Positions 1 through 9,174 of a stretch of 64,000 nucleotides of DNA are shown in pieces. The stretch covers positions 1 through 64,000 of IMG/VR virus record IMGVR_UViG_3300028549_001457; one strand, 5' to 3'. This DNA comes from a virus. Its lineage: Duplodnaviria; Caudoviricetes. The position numbers and the translations under genes are program-made. Below the pieces are notes generated by a model. It saw only the letters and a list, made by a program, of their open reading frames with translations, did no database searches and was not told the DNA's origin. The stretch's first letter is position 1. Each line of letters begins with the position of its first letter.

Positions 1-93
1 CTTTACTTCCTTAGGCTTTACTTCCTTAGGCTTTACTTCCTTAGGCTTTACTTCCTTAGGCTTTACTTCCTTAGGCTTTACTTCCTTAGGCTT
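1..93. repeat. Perfect 15-bp tandem repeat (ctttacttccttagg) x6+, encoding PKEVK on the - strand
   Basis: Directly visible; continues off the left edge. Confidence 0.95.
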
Positions 94-432
94 TGGTGTT
101 TGGGCTGGGATTGGGATAAGGTCAATATCATCAAAATCAGTCTGGTTCTGTGCTGCTTTTAGGTTCGCCCGTCCGATGAGAAGGTTAATGTTGCTACAGG
201 AGGCTTCCCAGGATTGGTATGCGTCACTATATGCAGAGTATACATCAAAGGATGAGTCAAACCTGGACCCACACTCAAACACGGGCTTCAACTCCAAACA
301 TTGATAAAGCTTGGCCTGCAACTCAGGGAGGGTAAGTTCCTTCATATCGGCAACCGAAAACCCTATAAAGGGGGCTACCACATGAACCCGGTTAGCTCGT
401 TTTGCAACAAAACTTGATTGACTATTACTCAT
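1..432 (-). CDS. Hypothetical protein, 3'-truncated by the window edge, ending in PKEVK repeats (not in ORF track)
   Basis: Manual translation: ATG at 432, GAGG-type RBS upstream, open to position 1 (MSNSQSSFVAKRANRVHVV...PAQTPKPKEVKPKEVK...). Confidence 0.75.
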   Translation of the reverse strand, partial: MSNSQSSFVAKRANRVHVVAPFIGFSVADMKELTLPELQAKLYQCLELKPVFECGSRFDSSFDVYSAYSDAYQSWEASCSNINLLIGRANLKAAQNQTDFDDIDLIPIPAQTPKPKEVKPKEVKPKEVKPKEVKPKEVKPKEVK

Positions 433-448
433 GGATACCTCGCTCCAT

Positions 449-478
449 AAGATACGAGGGATTTTTTGGGGAACTCCA
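449..478 (-). promoter_or_regulatory. Class-E promoter-like motif (TGGAGT-N18-TATCTT)
   Basis: Same spacing as seven + strand copies; lies just upstream of the ATG at 432. Confidence 0.55.
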
Positions 479-608
479 GCTTAGTTTATGAATGGACTGA
501 AATATACCTGTTGTATCATTAGGCTAGAAAGGAATACCCATCAGCAGCCATGCTTTTTCTAGCTACTTGTGGAAATAGAATTTGTGTTTAATAGTAGGCG
601 GGAGATCT

Positions 609-938
609 ATGAAAACGGAACGCAAGTTTGTTGGGTCTATAGCAGTTATACAGCTAACTGGAAAGCTGAATTTTGAGGTCACAGCCGATCTTAGAGATAC
701 TCTTCGAGAGACAATCTCCCAAAAACCATCTAAAATAGTCATTAACTTATCTGGCTTAAACCACATAGACTCTTCCGGAATGGGTCTACTTATTGCTACA
801 CGGAACACGGGGGATAAGAATGAGATCTCCTTAGCACTTTGTGAGGCCCCTTCCGTCATTAAAAAAGCATTGAGTCAGACCAATCTATTGAGTTATTTTA
901 ACATTTTTGAAACAGAAAGTGAGGCCCTAGCCTCCTAA
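609..938 (+). CDS. STAS-domain anti-sigma-factor antagonist (RsbV/SpoIIAA-like)
   Basis: IAVIQLTGKL...IVINLSGLNHIDSSGMGLL motif with the phosphorylatable Ser; GGAG RBS before ATG 609. Confidence 0.9.
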   Translation: MKTERKFVGSIAVIQLTGKLNFEVTADLRDTLRETISQKPSKIVINLSGLNHIDSSGMGLLIATRNTGDKNEISLALCEAPSVIKKALSQTNLLSYFNIFETESEALAS

Positions 939-1014
939 CTTGATATTTAAAATTCATTAAAAGAAAATGAAGTTCTGTCAAAGAGCTTCATTTTCTTTTT
1001 GTGAGGATTTTTAT

Positions 1015-2328
1015 ATGCTTAGAGTATCCAGATTGCTACAGGCATCTACTACACACCTTCAAGTGTGGTTAGACCCTGCGGGTGGTATCCACAAGGTCGA
1101 GGGTCAATCTCACCACGCATGGGCGGCATCACACTTAAACATGGAAGACGAAGAGCAAGCTCACGATGAACTCATAGACGCTAATTGGATACGTATAGGT
1201 AAGATGGGCTTTGGGAAATACCTCTCAACGTATGCTGAATCTGGGAATTGGTCCCAAAAAACGTTAACGCGAGTTCAGCATTTTTTAATGACCAACCAGG
1301 AGTTTTACAGTGACACGATGTATGTAGAGAACGGGGACACCTGCATAGACTTAAATATGTCCGAATTCCTTAGCTTTAACAAGGTGTCAGATCTTCTGAG
1401 GTCCCATGTGGCGGGGTATTATGACCCCTCAGGAAACGCTCACGGGGAACTACTATCTAAGACGAATAAGGACCCTAAAGTTATAATATTTCGAGCTGTC
1501 CCAAAGGGGACCGAGACAATTAATACAAAGGACTATGTAACACTATCGAGGCGCTTTGCCGAAGAACACGCAGCCACATCAGCGGTTTACGAAGAAGATC
1601 CCTTTGTAGTATTAAAGAGTTATGTTGCCACTAACCTAGTTGCAGAGGCATACAACCCAGGCGAGTATTTCTATATAGGACCCCCTATCCCAGGAAAAAT
1701 CGTATCTATAGCTAATGACGATGGGCACCTTCGTAAAGTTGCAGATGTGGCACCCTACCAGATACCTATGGATGAAGCTATTAAGGAGCATACAAGGCTT
1801 GTTAAAGTACTCAAGAGCCCCAGCCATAAGGATGACCTTATTGAGGCCGAAGAGCAGGCTGAGGAGCTTGCGGGAATGTACAAAAAAGCTGGGGGGTATG
1901 TATTAACGCCGCCTAAAAAATCAAAGAACCCTCTATATATCAGAGGATGGATACTCCCAGATGGGTCCTTTGAAGAGATCACTCACGAACATGGTGTCGA
2001 TGCATATTACCGACTAGGCGAGGGCAACGAGCACTCCCTCATGAAGCAGGGGTGGATTCGAGTGTATGCCTCTTTGGAGTATCATGAGATTGGGGCGGAA
2101 GCCCATGGGTGGGCTTCCCAAAAATTTAGGAATTTCCAGATGTTCCTAATGAGGAACTCCAGTAAATTTGAGGGATGTCAAGTCTGGATAGAGGGGGGTG
2201 CCATTAAAAATGCACATTCCTTTGAGGACATACTTGCAGCAAATAGCATAACAGACCTAAGAGGCCTTCGCTATGCGGGAAACTCCCTTAGGAACCCACG
2301 TAGCCTTCGGGCAACTCAGGCTCACTAG
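1015..2328 (+). CDS. Multidomain putative virion cargo protein: duplicated WxxPxG...H...WIR domain flanking an ADP-ribosyltransferase-like domain
   Basis: N-terminal LRVSRLL motif; IFRAVPKG...DYVTLSRRFAEEH...EYFY core; internal duplication; GAGG RBS before ATG 1015. Confidence 0.55.
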   Translation: MLRVSRLLQASTTHLQVWLDPAGGIHKVEGQSHHAWAASHLNMEDEEQAHDELIDANWIRIGKMGFGKYLSTYAESGNWSQKTLTRVQHFLMTNQEFYSDTMYVENGDTCIDLNMSEFLSFNKVSDLLRSHVAGYYDPSGNAHGELLSKTNKDPKVIIFRAVPKGTETINTKDYVTLSRRFAEEHAATSAVYEEDPFVVLKSYVATNLVAEAYNPGEYFYIGPPIPGKIVSIANDDGHLRKVADVAPYQIPMDEAIKEHTRLVKVLKSPSHKDDLIEAEEQAEELAGMYKKAGGYVLTPPKKSKNPLYIRGWILPDGSFEEITHEHGVDAYYRLGEGNEHSLMKQGWIRVYASLEYHEIGAEAHGWASQKFRNFQMFLMRNSSKFEGCQVWIEGGAIKNAHSFEDILAANSITDLRGLRYAGNSLRNPRSLRATQAH

Positions 2329-2833
2329 ACCTAACCCACTCAGAATCCAACTCATAGTTATTATATTCGAGTCCCTGGTAGGTCTCGCTAGAAACTTGGG
2401 CCTTTTCCTCAATCCAAACACTAAACAAGGTGTCCTCGGATTTAATGTGGTCCACAAGCCAACTATGCACAAATCTAAGGGTAGTTTCGGTTATTCGAAC
2501 GGGGTCTCTATCAAATCTAATTAAAAAATCATTGAGATCTCTTTTAAGTCTATTATGTATCTCTTTGTGATGGTTGAGACGAGGATACCCCTTAGCCCTC
2601 ATAAGGGCCTCCTCACTGGTAAAATGATGGGATGTGGCAGTAAGAAGTCCTTTTAAATACCAATGGAGCGTTTTTGGGGACGCATGCTCTTTAACGGCTT
2701 CCAAGAACTCATTATGCAGGATGATTAGGCGTTTATGCTCTTCATCGATCCCTGCTATCCCAATTTTTATTTTCTCGGTCCACTCAAATTTTTTCATTTG
2801 AATCCTAAGGATGCAGCCATCTTTATAATACAA
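2288..2833 (-). CDS. Bacteriohemerythrin (non-heme di-iron O2-binding protein); start may be ATG 2797
   Basis: W...IDEEHK...HHFTSEEALM...YP..HHKEIH...WLVDHIKSED: full hemerythrin ligand set. Confidence 0.92.
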   Translation of the reverse strand: MYYKDGCILRIQMKKFEWTEKIKIGIAGIDEEHKRLIILHNEFLEAVKEHASPKTLHWYLKGLLTATSHHFTSEEALMRAKGYPRLNHHKEIHNRLKRDLNDFLIRFDRDPVRITETTLRFVHSWLVDHIKSEDTLFSVWIEEKAQVSSETYQGLEYNNYELDSEWVRSSEPELPEGYVGS

Positions 2834-2872
2834 AAATTAGTTTTGGTGTAGTATATACTTTAGGAGGCCTCC

Positions 2873-3178
2873 ATGCAGTATACCCCTAAGTTAATCGCAA
2901 GTCGGCTATTAGAACTGGCGCATAAATCATCAGATTATTACCAGATTACCGATAGCCTTCCTAACGACTGCACCCTTGATTTTAAAGCACCAGACAGTAT
3001 GCGGGTCATTGTCAATGGGAAAACCAAAGGGTATATATCACCCTGTGAACCTCTTGTTAGCCCATTAGATTCATTTGTGGCGGTCCCGGCAGCTTCTTGG
3101 AAATATATTGACTCGGAAGGAACCCGCATGGGGCTTAGATCCGATGCAAAACATGCCTCCCCTGGGGATTTTGCCTGA
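2873..3178 (+). CDS. Hypothetical protein
   Basis: 101-aa ORF with GGAGG RBS; KLIASRLL near the N-terminus. Confidence 0.7.
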   Translation: MQYTPKLIASRLLELAHKSSDYYQITDSLPNDCTLDFKAPDSMRVIVNGKTKGYISPCEPLVSPLDSFVAVPAASWKYIDSEGTRMGLRSDAKHASPGDFA

Positions 3179-3218
3179 CAGAGTCTCCCTTCTCTTTTAG
3201 AGAAGGCAGGAGGGATTC

Positions 3219-4031
3219 ATGGCAACTAATTGGGAACCCATTGTATACTTAGACCCTAGTCAATACCCCGCAATTGTATCGCACCAAATTTGGTCCCCTG
3301 ACCTATTTAATCATGAAGCCCCTACCTCAGCTCTTGGGAGCCAGATATACAACACCGCAAATGCTAGCGGAACAAATATTTCGCAGCAAATTAACCCCTC
3401 AACGGGATACCCATGGTTTGACACTCCCAGTAACGGTGCTATTAGATACCCATCTGGCCCCGTGCAATACTTTGCAGGGGCTCGATTGGCTGTAAATCTC
3501 AGCCACCCTTTTACGGTGACCACTGGTGAAGATTTGTTGGCCCTGGTATCCCCGCCTCTTGGGTCCCCTTACACGCCTACACCCCAAAAGTTTACAAAAG
3601 AATCCTCATTATGGGCCACTGGGAAATTCTCGTATGCCGCTGGGATCTCTCGTGAAGCTTACACGGGAAGCGTCAACGGATATGGACAGGATGTCTATGA
3701 CATATCACTGCCGGGTCTGCTCCCCTTAATAGATGGGGTTGGAGGAGACCCATATGCCCACGCTACGGGCGTGTATATAGACGGTACGATCTATAAGATT
3801 GACTTTAGTGTTCTAGTAGATTTTGTTTCCGGACTACCAGGAGAGGGTTCCCCGAGTAGCTATCAATATTTTGGGCTATGGGATACCTCCATTGAGGGCT
3901 ACTGGACAACCGGAACTTGGACTGAGCCGAATTGCACACTCTGGTGGGCCTACCCCATGGCGCTCCCTCTTATAGGTTCCCCAGACCTTAGCTCTGTGCT
4001 TTCGATTGGAAAAACTATCTACTGGGTTTAA
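3219..4031 (+). CDS. Hypothetical, possibly virion/tail-fibre-associated protein
   Basis: 270-aa ORF with GGAGG RBS; N-terminal module shared with the 7203-8708 protein. Confidence 0.6.
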   Translation: MATNWEPIVYLDPSQYPAIVSHQIWSPDLFNHEAPTSALGSQIYNTANASGTNISQQINPSTGYPWFDTPSNGAIRYPSGPVQYFAGARLAVNLSHPFTVTTGEDLLALVSPPLGSPYTPTPQKFTKESSLWATGKFSYAAGISREAYTGSVNGYGQDVYDISLPGLLPLIDGVGGDPYAHATGVYIDGTIYKIDFSVLVDFVSGLPGEGSPSSYQYFGLWDTSIEGYWTTGTWTEPNCTLWWAYPMALPLIGSPDLSSVLSIGKTIYWV

Positions 4032-4042
4032 AAAGTTTTTGT

Positions 4043-4072
4043 TGGATTTTTTTAGATAGCCTGCCGTATCTT
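4043..4072 (+). promoter_or_regulatory. Class-E promoter-like motif (TGGATT-N18-TATCTT, CCG before -10)
   Basis: Recurrent motif upstream of the Kelch lipoprotein gene. Confidence 0.6.
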
Positions 4073-4106
4073 ACAGCATGGACTGTGTCCTCTCTGGAGA
4101 TTCGCC

Positions 4107-5675
4107 ATGACCCCCAAACTCATTGCCTCTGTTGCTCTGCTCTTCCTCCTGGCCTGTTCTGGAGGCTCTCCCACGGCAACGACATCCCCCACGGCCCCAG
4201 AAGGTGCCCCCACCAGCATGGGCGTCTTTAGGGCTCTCAAGGCGACAGCCGCCCCCCAGCAGGGGGTCATGGCCGCATCTTCAAACGAATCGGTTGCTAT
4301 GACCCGCGCTCGGAAGACGCATCGTGGAATTCTTCTCAAAAACGGGAAAGTTCTCGTGCTTGGCGGGGAATACGACGCAGACGGATTGTGGGCAACCATT
4401 CCAAGCACGGGGGAACTGTTTGACCCCCAGACGGAACGTTTTACCGCATCAAACGCAAACTTTAAGTATCGGTATGAACGCAACCGGACCACAACATCCT
4501 TTGATTTTGTGACCCTTCCCGATGGCCGCGTTCTGATTGCGGGGGGTCTCACCCCTGGGGCGTATGTTGGGACAACTTCCCTGATGGTCTATGACCCCCA
4601 CACGGACAGTGCCACTGAACTCACCGGGGTATTCCCAGGCGAGGTTCTGAGTGTCGAACACGGATTCTACCTGGACGGAAATAAGGTCCTGTTTACAGGC
4701 CTCCGAAACCCTTTGGACCTCTTGAAAAACAAGTGGGAGTTCTATGATTACGCAATCATCTACGATGTATCCAAGCATACCTCGGAAATGATTCCACATC
4801 CCTATAACTACATGGACTCCGCTGTTTGCGAAGACGCCAATAATATCTACTTTATTGGCGGCTGCACCCCCGACACTGGGTGGAATAACCCCAATAGAGA
4901 TAGTTTTGCAGATGTGGTTAAGTTTGACCGCCATGATAAGGTCTTCACGAAGGTGGGTAGCCTACTCTCCCCTAAGCATGGTATGGGACTTGTTAAGCTT
5001 GAGCATGACCGCGTGGGTGTCTATGGCGGGGTCTCCTGGCACGGAGTCCCTTCTTTGGGCGAAATCACTCGATTGAAGGAAGTTGAAGTTGTAGACCTTA
5101 AGCAAAATACCGCCACTTTTAAGGCCCCCCTACTCTCAGCGGTTGCTTGGATGGACTCAATTGCCCTGCAGGGGACTCCCTATACGCTTCATGCGGGTGG
5201 GGTTGATCATGAAGGTCTTACCGCAAAGAATCAATATGTCCATAATGCGGATGCCAACCTCTCGGGGTCCACGGGAACCCTAGTGGAAGCTCGTAGACTC
5301 CATGCCGTAATTGCCCTCAATAATGGTCTGGTTCTGATTACAGGCGGCGAAAATGAACAGATGCATTCCACCAAGGCTACTGCTGAAATTTATGACGCTC
5401 AGTCAAAAATGTTCGTCAACTTCGTAACGGACCAGATCCAGGCTGGCGAGATCATTAACTTCACCTGCACCAAGGACGTCACCTGGAGCGTGGCCCCTGA
5501 AGATACTGCTATTACAGAAGGGTTTGGGAGCATTGATAGCTCTACGGGTGTTTATACCTCAGATACCTCGAACCCTGTAACACTCATTGTCATGGTAACG
5601 GCAACCCTCAAGAGCGACCCCACCGTCCAGGTAAGTGTTCGTGTTAAGGTCTTTGGAGTGGTCCCTACAACCTAG
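4107..5675 (+). CDS. Lipoprotein with Kelch/galactose-oxidase-type beta-propeller and C-terminal Ig-like domain
   Basis: Lipobox LLLAC; repeats such as RKTHRGILLKNGKVLVLGG and RRLHAVIALNNGLVLITGG; VTWSV...GVYT...VTAT tail. Confidence 0.85.
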   Translation: MTPKLIASVALLFLLACSGGSPTATTSPTAPEGAPTSMGVFRALKATAAPQQGVMAASSNESVAMTRARKTHRGILLKNGKVLVLGGEYDADGLWATIPSTGELFDPQTERFTASNANFKYRYERNRTTTSFDFVTLPDGRVLIAGGLTPGAYVGTTSLMVYDPHTDSATELTGVFPGEVLSVEHGFYLDGNKVLFTGLRNPLDLLKNKWEFYDYAIIYDVSKHTSEMIPHPYNYMDSAVCEDANNIYFIGGCTPDTGWNNPNRDSFADVVKFDRHDKVFTKVGSLLSPKHGMGLVKLEHDRVGVYGGVSWHGVPSLGEITRLKEVEVVDLKQNTATFKAPLLSAVAWMDSIALQGTPYTLHAGGVDHEGLTAKNQYVHNADANLSGSTGTLVEARRLHAVIALNNGLVLITGGENEQMHSTKATAEIYDAQSKMFVNFVTDQIQAGEIINFTCTKDVTWSVAPEDTAITEGFGSIDSSTGVYTSDTSNPVTLIVMVTATLKSDPTVQVSVRVKVFGVVPTT

Positions 5676-5682
5676 ATCCCCC

Positions 5683-5718
5683 AAGATAGAGCCCTCTCAT
5701 GGGGGCTCTATCTTTTTT
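5683..5718 (+). terminator. Intrinsic terminator
   Basis: AAGATAGAGCCC / GGGCTCTATCTT stem followed by a T-tract. Confidence 0.85.
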
Positions 5719-5725
5719 AAAAATA

Positions 5726-5756
5726 TGTATTTTTTCTCTGAATGCCACCGTATTTA
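5726..5756 (+). promoter_or_regulatory. Class-E promoter-like motif (TGTATT-N19-TATTTA)
   Basis: Variant of the recurrent motif, upstream of the NHL lipoprotein gene. Confidence 0.5.
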
Positions 5757-5793
5757 GAGCATGGACCGCTGGTCCTATCTCACAGGAGTCCAC

Positions 5794-7086
5794 ATGAACC
5801 TCAAGTCTCTTGCAACCCCCGCCCTTCTCTCCCTCTTCATCGCTTGCGGCGGTGGCGGTGGCTCTGATAAGCCTGCCCCTCCCGCGCCTGTGGTTGCACC
5901 TGTCATTAGCACCTTTACGGCTTCCGCTACCACGGTGGAATACGGCCAGCCCGTCACCCTTAGCTGGACGCTGGGCGGCGATGCGGCTACCTCCGTGACC
6001 CTCACCAATGCCGATGGGTCTGCTATGACTTGCACCCCTGCGGTGACCAGCACCAGCACTTCTACGGTAGTCACCCCCCGGAAGCGTCAGACCGTCCGTC
6101 TCACTGCCACCAATAGCGCCGGGACCGTCACCAGAGACATCAACCTCGTCAGCCTTGGGGTGGATACTTACTCCAGCACCCTATTCAGCACTGTGGGACA
6201 GTTGGCTAAGGACCCTAGCGGTAACATTTATATGGTGGACCACACTAATTTCTCGCATATCTGGAAGATCACCCCCAGCGGCGTGGTATGGAACTTCGTG
6301 GGACTCAATGTTCTTACTTATCCTGGAGCCATTGCTTGGTCCGTCAAGGACAATGCTTTCCTTGTGACTGTCCAGGGCGGAATGAAGAAGGTCGATCTGG
6401 CCGGGACCATCACGGACCTCCCTGGATATCCTTATTTTAGCTACATAACCGTAGCCAAGGATGGCACCATCTATGGGACTCCTCAGGGCATTGGACATAC
6501 CATCACCAAGATTGACCCCAATGGAACCTTCTCCAGCATCACAGGTGGCGATGAATTCTACCCCGGTAGCTTGGTCCTGGATGCTACTGAAACCAATCTC
6601 TATGTCATGGGTGGTGCTTCCGGTTCGGAAACCGTGGAGGTAGATGGGATGGCTGCGGTACGGTTTAGCTATAGCAACACCATTTCTAAGGTGGACCTCT
6701 CCAATAACTCCATCACGGTGGTTGCGGGTCAGTTTGAAGTCGGGGGCCATGCCGATGGCATCGGAACGGCGGCTACTTTCCAGGTAATTGGCGGTGCTAC
6801 ACTTAGTAACGATGGAACGGCCATTTACCTCACCGATGCTCGGAATGGCCTCATTCGGAAGCTGGATCTTGCTACCGCCACCGTCAGCACGGTAGTCGGG
6901 ACGCTTTCTCCTCAGCCCTACACTGGTGCCACCCCCTTTCAGGCTGGGAGCCTTACTTCTGCGGAGTTCACCCCCGTGGGTCTTGTTCAGAACACGGCTG
7001 GTGATTTGGTCGTTGGCGCTGCCATGCCCAGCATCAACGGAATTATTACAGCCAATAGCCCTGTCTGTGTCGTGACCTTGCCCTAA
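5794..7086 (+). CDS. Lipoprotein with Ig-like domain and NHL/SMP-30-type beta-propeller
   Basis: Lipobox LFIAC-GGGGG; PVISTFTAS...TLTATN Ig-like module; NHL-type repeats (GHADGIGTAATF, IYLTDARNGLIRKLD); AGGAG RBS before ATG 5794. Confidence 0.85.
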   Translation: MNLKSLATPALLSLFIACGGGGGSDKPAPPAPVVAPVISTFTASATTVEYGQPVTLSWTLGGDAATSVTLTNADGSAMTCTPAVTSTSTSTVVTPRKRQTVRLTATNSAGTVTRDINLVSLGVDTYSSTLFSTVGQLAKDPSGNIYMVDHTNFSHIWKITPSGVVWNFVGLNVLTYPGAIAWSVKDNAFLVTVQGGMKKVDLAGTITDLPGYPYFSYITVAKDGTIYGTPQGIGHTITKIDPNGTFSSITGGDEFYPGSLVLDATETNLYVMGGASGSETVEVDGMAAVRFSYSNTISKVDLSNNSITVVAGQFEVGGHADGIGTAATFQVIGGATLSNDGTAIYLTDARNGLIRKLDLATATVSTVVGTLSPQPYTGATPFQAGSLTSAEFTPVGLVQNTAGDLVVGAAMPSINGIITANSPVCVVTLP

Positions 7087-7104
7087 AAGATGGATGATTC
7101 AAAA

Positions 7105-7135
7105 AGAAGGGACTCTCTTTGGAGGGTCCCTTTCT
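7105..7135 (+). terminator. Intrinsic terminator
   Basis: AGAAGGGACTCTC / GAGGGTCCCTTTCT stem. Confidence 0.75.
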
Positions 7136-7202
7136 GTATTTATGATGTATCTTTTTATGTGTGGATCTGTTAACGAATCACTGGCACTGAAGAGCGTGAA
7201 AA

Positions 7203-8708
7203 ATGGCACAATACCATAGTTGGACCGCAGGCACAGGTGAATTTTATAGGCCTGATAGGGCGTTTGATTTAAGTGTAGGGGATACTACAACCTATGCGGA
7301 TGGCGTGTCATTTGGGGGATCACTTCCAACTGGAGACAATACATTTCCCAGTAGCGTCATACTTACACAATCATGGTATTGTTCTGCAAATGTAACAAAC
7401 CTCCCGTTAGCGGGGACCCGTCTAAAGATAATTAGAACGTATTCTATCCCACCACCACCTTACTACGGCACGGGAGAAATGGGGGGTAGGCTAAGGATAA
7501 CAGTCTATAGTGGCCTTAATATGGTGGGGGCCTTTGACATGCTTGAAGGAGACCTCTCACCGGGGTATCCGGAAGTAACTAAAGTAAATCATGATATAGA
7601 AGAATGCACACTAACCATCCCTAATAGTTCTTTTAACTTAAATACACTTCGGGTTGAGGTAACGTGTATTTCCTCGCAGGTTGACCGAGGGACTATTGAA
7701 AGTGAGTGGGCTTTTGGTCAAACCACATGTCAAATTTTAGACATGTGGATAGAAACCACAGCGACTACATATGAACCTATTTTATATGGAGACCCATCAA
7801 CGCAAGGGGGTATTATCACTGAGCACAAGGTATATTCCAGGGACCTATTTAATGTGGCGGATGGGTCCTACAATATTGGAAATGCCTTGGGGCAACCTGT
7901 TAGATACTTTAAACCCTTTCAGTATTATAAGGGGTCACAATTAGGAGCCCCCGCTCAATACTGGCCAACCGAAATGACGGGGAATACAAGAACTGTATCA
8001 AATAACATCACATCTGGGGGTGATGGCACAAGTGCTACCATAAACTATGGGGTTCCGTTTAATGCAACTACCCAAGGTTTAACGGATCTCAGGACAAATA
8101 CAACTAATACTATTGAAGTTACTGCCACGGGCTCATCAGCTCAGTTTAATACCACTCAAATTATAGAGGATGCGTATAGAGGTGATAAATGGAAATACGA
8201 AACTAGGTATTTTAAGTTTGGCTCAAGTATCCCGGCGAATACAAATGTAAGTGTTACATTAGGTATTTCGGCACATGGATCAATAAATGTAGGAGAATAT
8301 CTGGTATCCTATGAAGACCCTAACAACCCTTTGTATATATTATCCAGAACAGAATTTTTAATGGCTAATGGGGGGGCTACGATTGAGTATACGTTGGATG
8401 GTTCCATTTGGCATCTCTTAGATGGGGTCACGCTTGCATGGGATGGTGGCTACGTCAATGGAGAGGTAGGTAAAACCCCAGGAACGGCAATTACATCCCC
8501 CGACCCCCAGGTTGACACCCTAACTCCTATAATTAATATTACAAATAGCTCTACGTTTGCCATAAGAATATCAGCTAGTGCTGAGTATGTAGCACGGAAT
8601 TATTGGGTTAATTCTACAAATAACCCAATAACAACCTATGAAGCGGCACTCACCAGTGCTGGGAGTAGCTTTTCTATTTTGGGCCTGTATTTGACGCCAG
8701 TAACTTAA
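7203..8708 (+). CDS. Hypothetical Thr/Gly-rich, beta-rich protein, possibly virion structural/adhesin
   Basis: 501-aa ORF; composition; internal module similar to the N-terminus of 3219-4031. Confidence 0.55.
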   Translation: MAQYHSWTAGTGEFYRPDRAFDLSVGDTTTYADGVSFGGSLPTGDNTFPSSVILTQSWYCSANVTNLPLAGTRLKIIRTYSIPPPPYYGTGEMGGRLRITVYSGLNMVGAFDMLEGDLSPGYPEVTKVNHDIEECTLTIPNSSFNLNTLRVEVTCISSQVDRGTIESEWAFGQTTCQILDMWIETTATTYEPILYGDPSTQGGIITEHKVYSRDLFNVADGSYNIGNALGQPVRYFKPFQYYKGSQLGAPAQYWPTEMTGNTRTVSNNITSGGDGTSATINYGVPFNATTQGLTDLRTNTTNTIEVTATGSSAQFNTTQIIEDAYRGDKWKYETRYFKFGSSIPANTNVSVTLGISAHGSINVGEYLVSYEDPNNPLYILSRTEFLMANGGATIEYTLDGSIWHLLDGVTLAWDGGYVNGEVGKTPGTAITSPDPQVDTLTPIINITNSSTFAIRISASAEYVARNYWVNSTNNPITTYEAALTSAGSSFSILGLYLTPVT

Positions 8709-8729
8709 AACGGGCACTGGGAGATCATC

Positions 8730-9071
8730 TTGGAATTTGATGTAGGCCCAAATAACATGCTCCCCTCAGATTTAAAAGGGGTCCCCCTTGAACCATTAAA
8801 TTTACACTGGTTTGAGGGGGGCCTCACTATTAATATGGTGGGGGTCAATATCAGAGCAGCAGTGCTCCTAGATTTTGGGTTGGATACCTACACCCTCTTC
8901 ACAGCATCAGCGTTTCCCCCTGAGTATGGGGTTTATGGAACGTCTACAGGCCCTTGGTTAGACGCCTCTGGCGTGGACCTAGGGCTAGAGGCAGGGTCTC
9001 TAGGGAGGCACTTCCAGACTACCGAGGACGGTCTGGAGACAGCATATTCTGATGAGAGTCAATATTTGTAG
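8730..9071 (+). CDS. Hypothetical protein
   Basis: 113-aa ORF, TTG start with GGGAG RBS, co-oriented with upstream gene. Confidence 0.6.
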   Translation: MEFDVGPNNMLPSDLKGVPLEPLNLHWFEGGLTINMVGVNIRAAVLLDFGLDTYTLFTASAFPPEYGVYGTSTGPWLDASGVDLGLEAGSLGRHFQTTEDGLETAYSDESQYL

Positions 9072-9174
9072 TCTGTATATTTTTTAGGTGAGGATCTTCC
9101 TCTTCTATACCAGCTTTACACAGCCGCTAGCTGGTCGGCTTTAATGGGCTCACAAAGCCCCCATAGGAGATGTT

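Noticed and set aside
1-93. 15-bp tandem repeat as a CRISPR array or telomere-like end
   Set aside because: No spacers; it is in frame within a - strand ORF (PKEVK)
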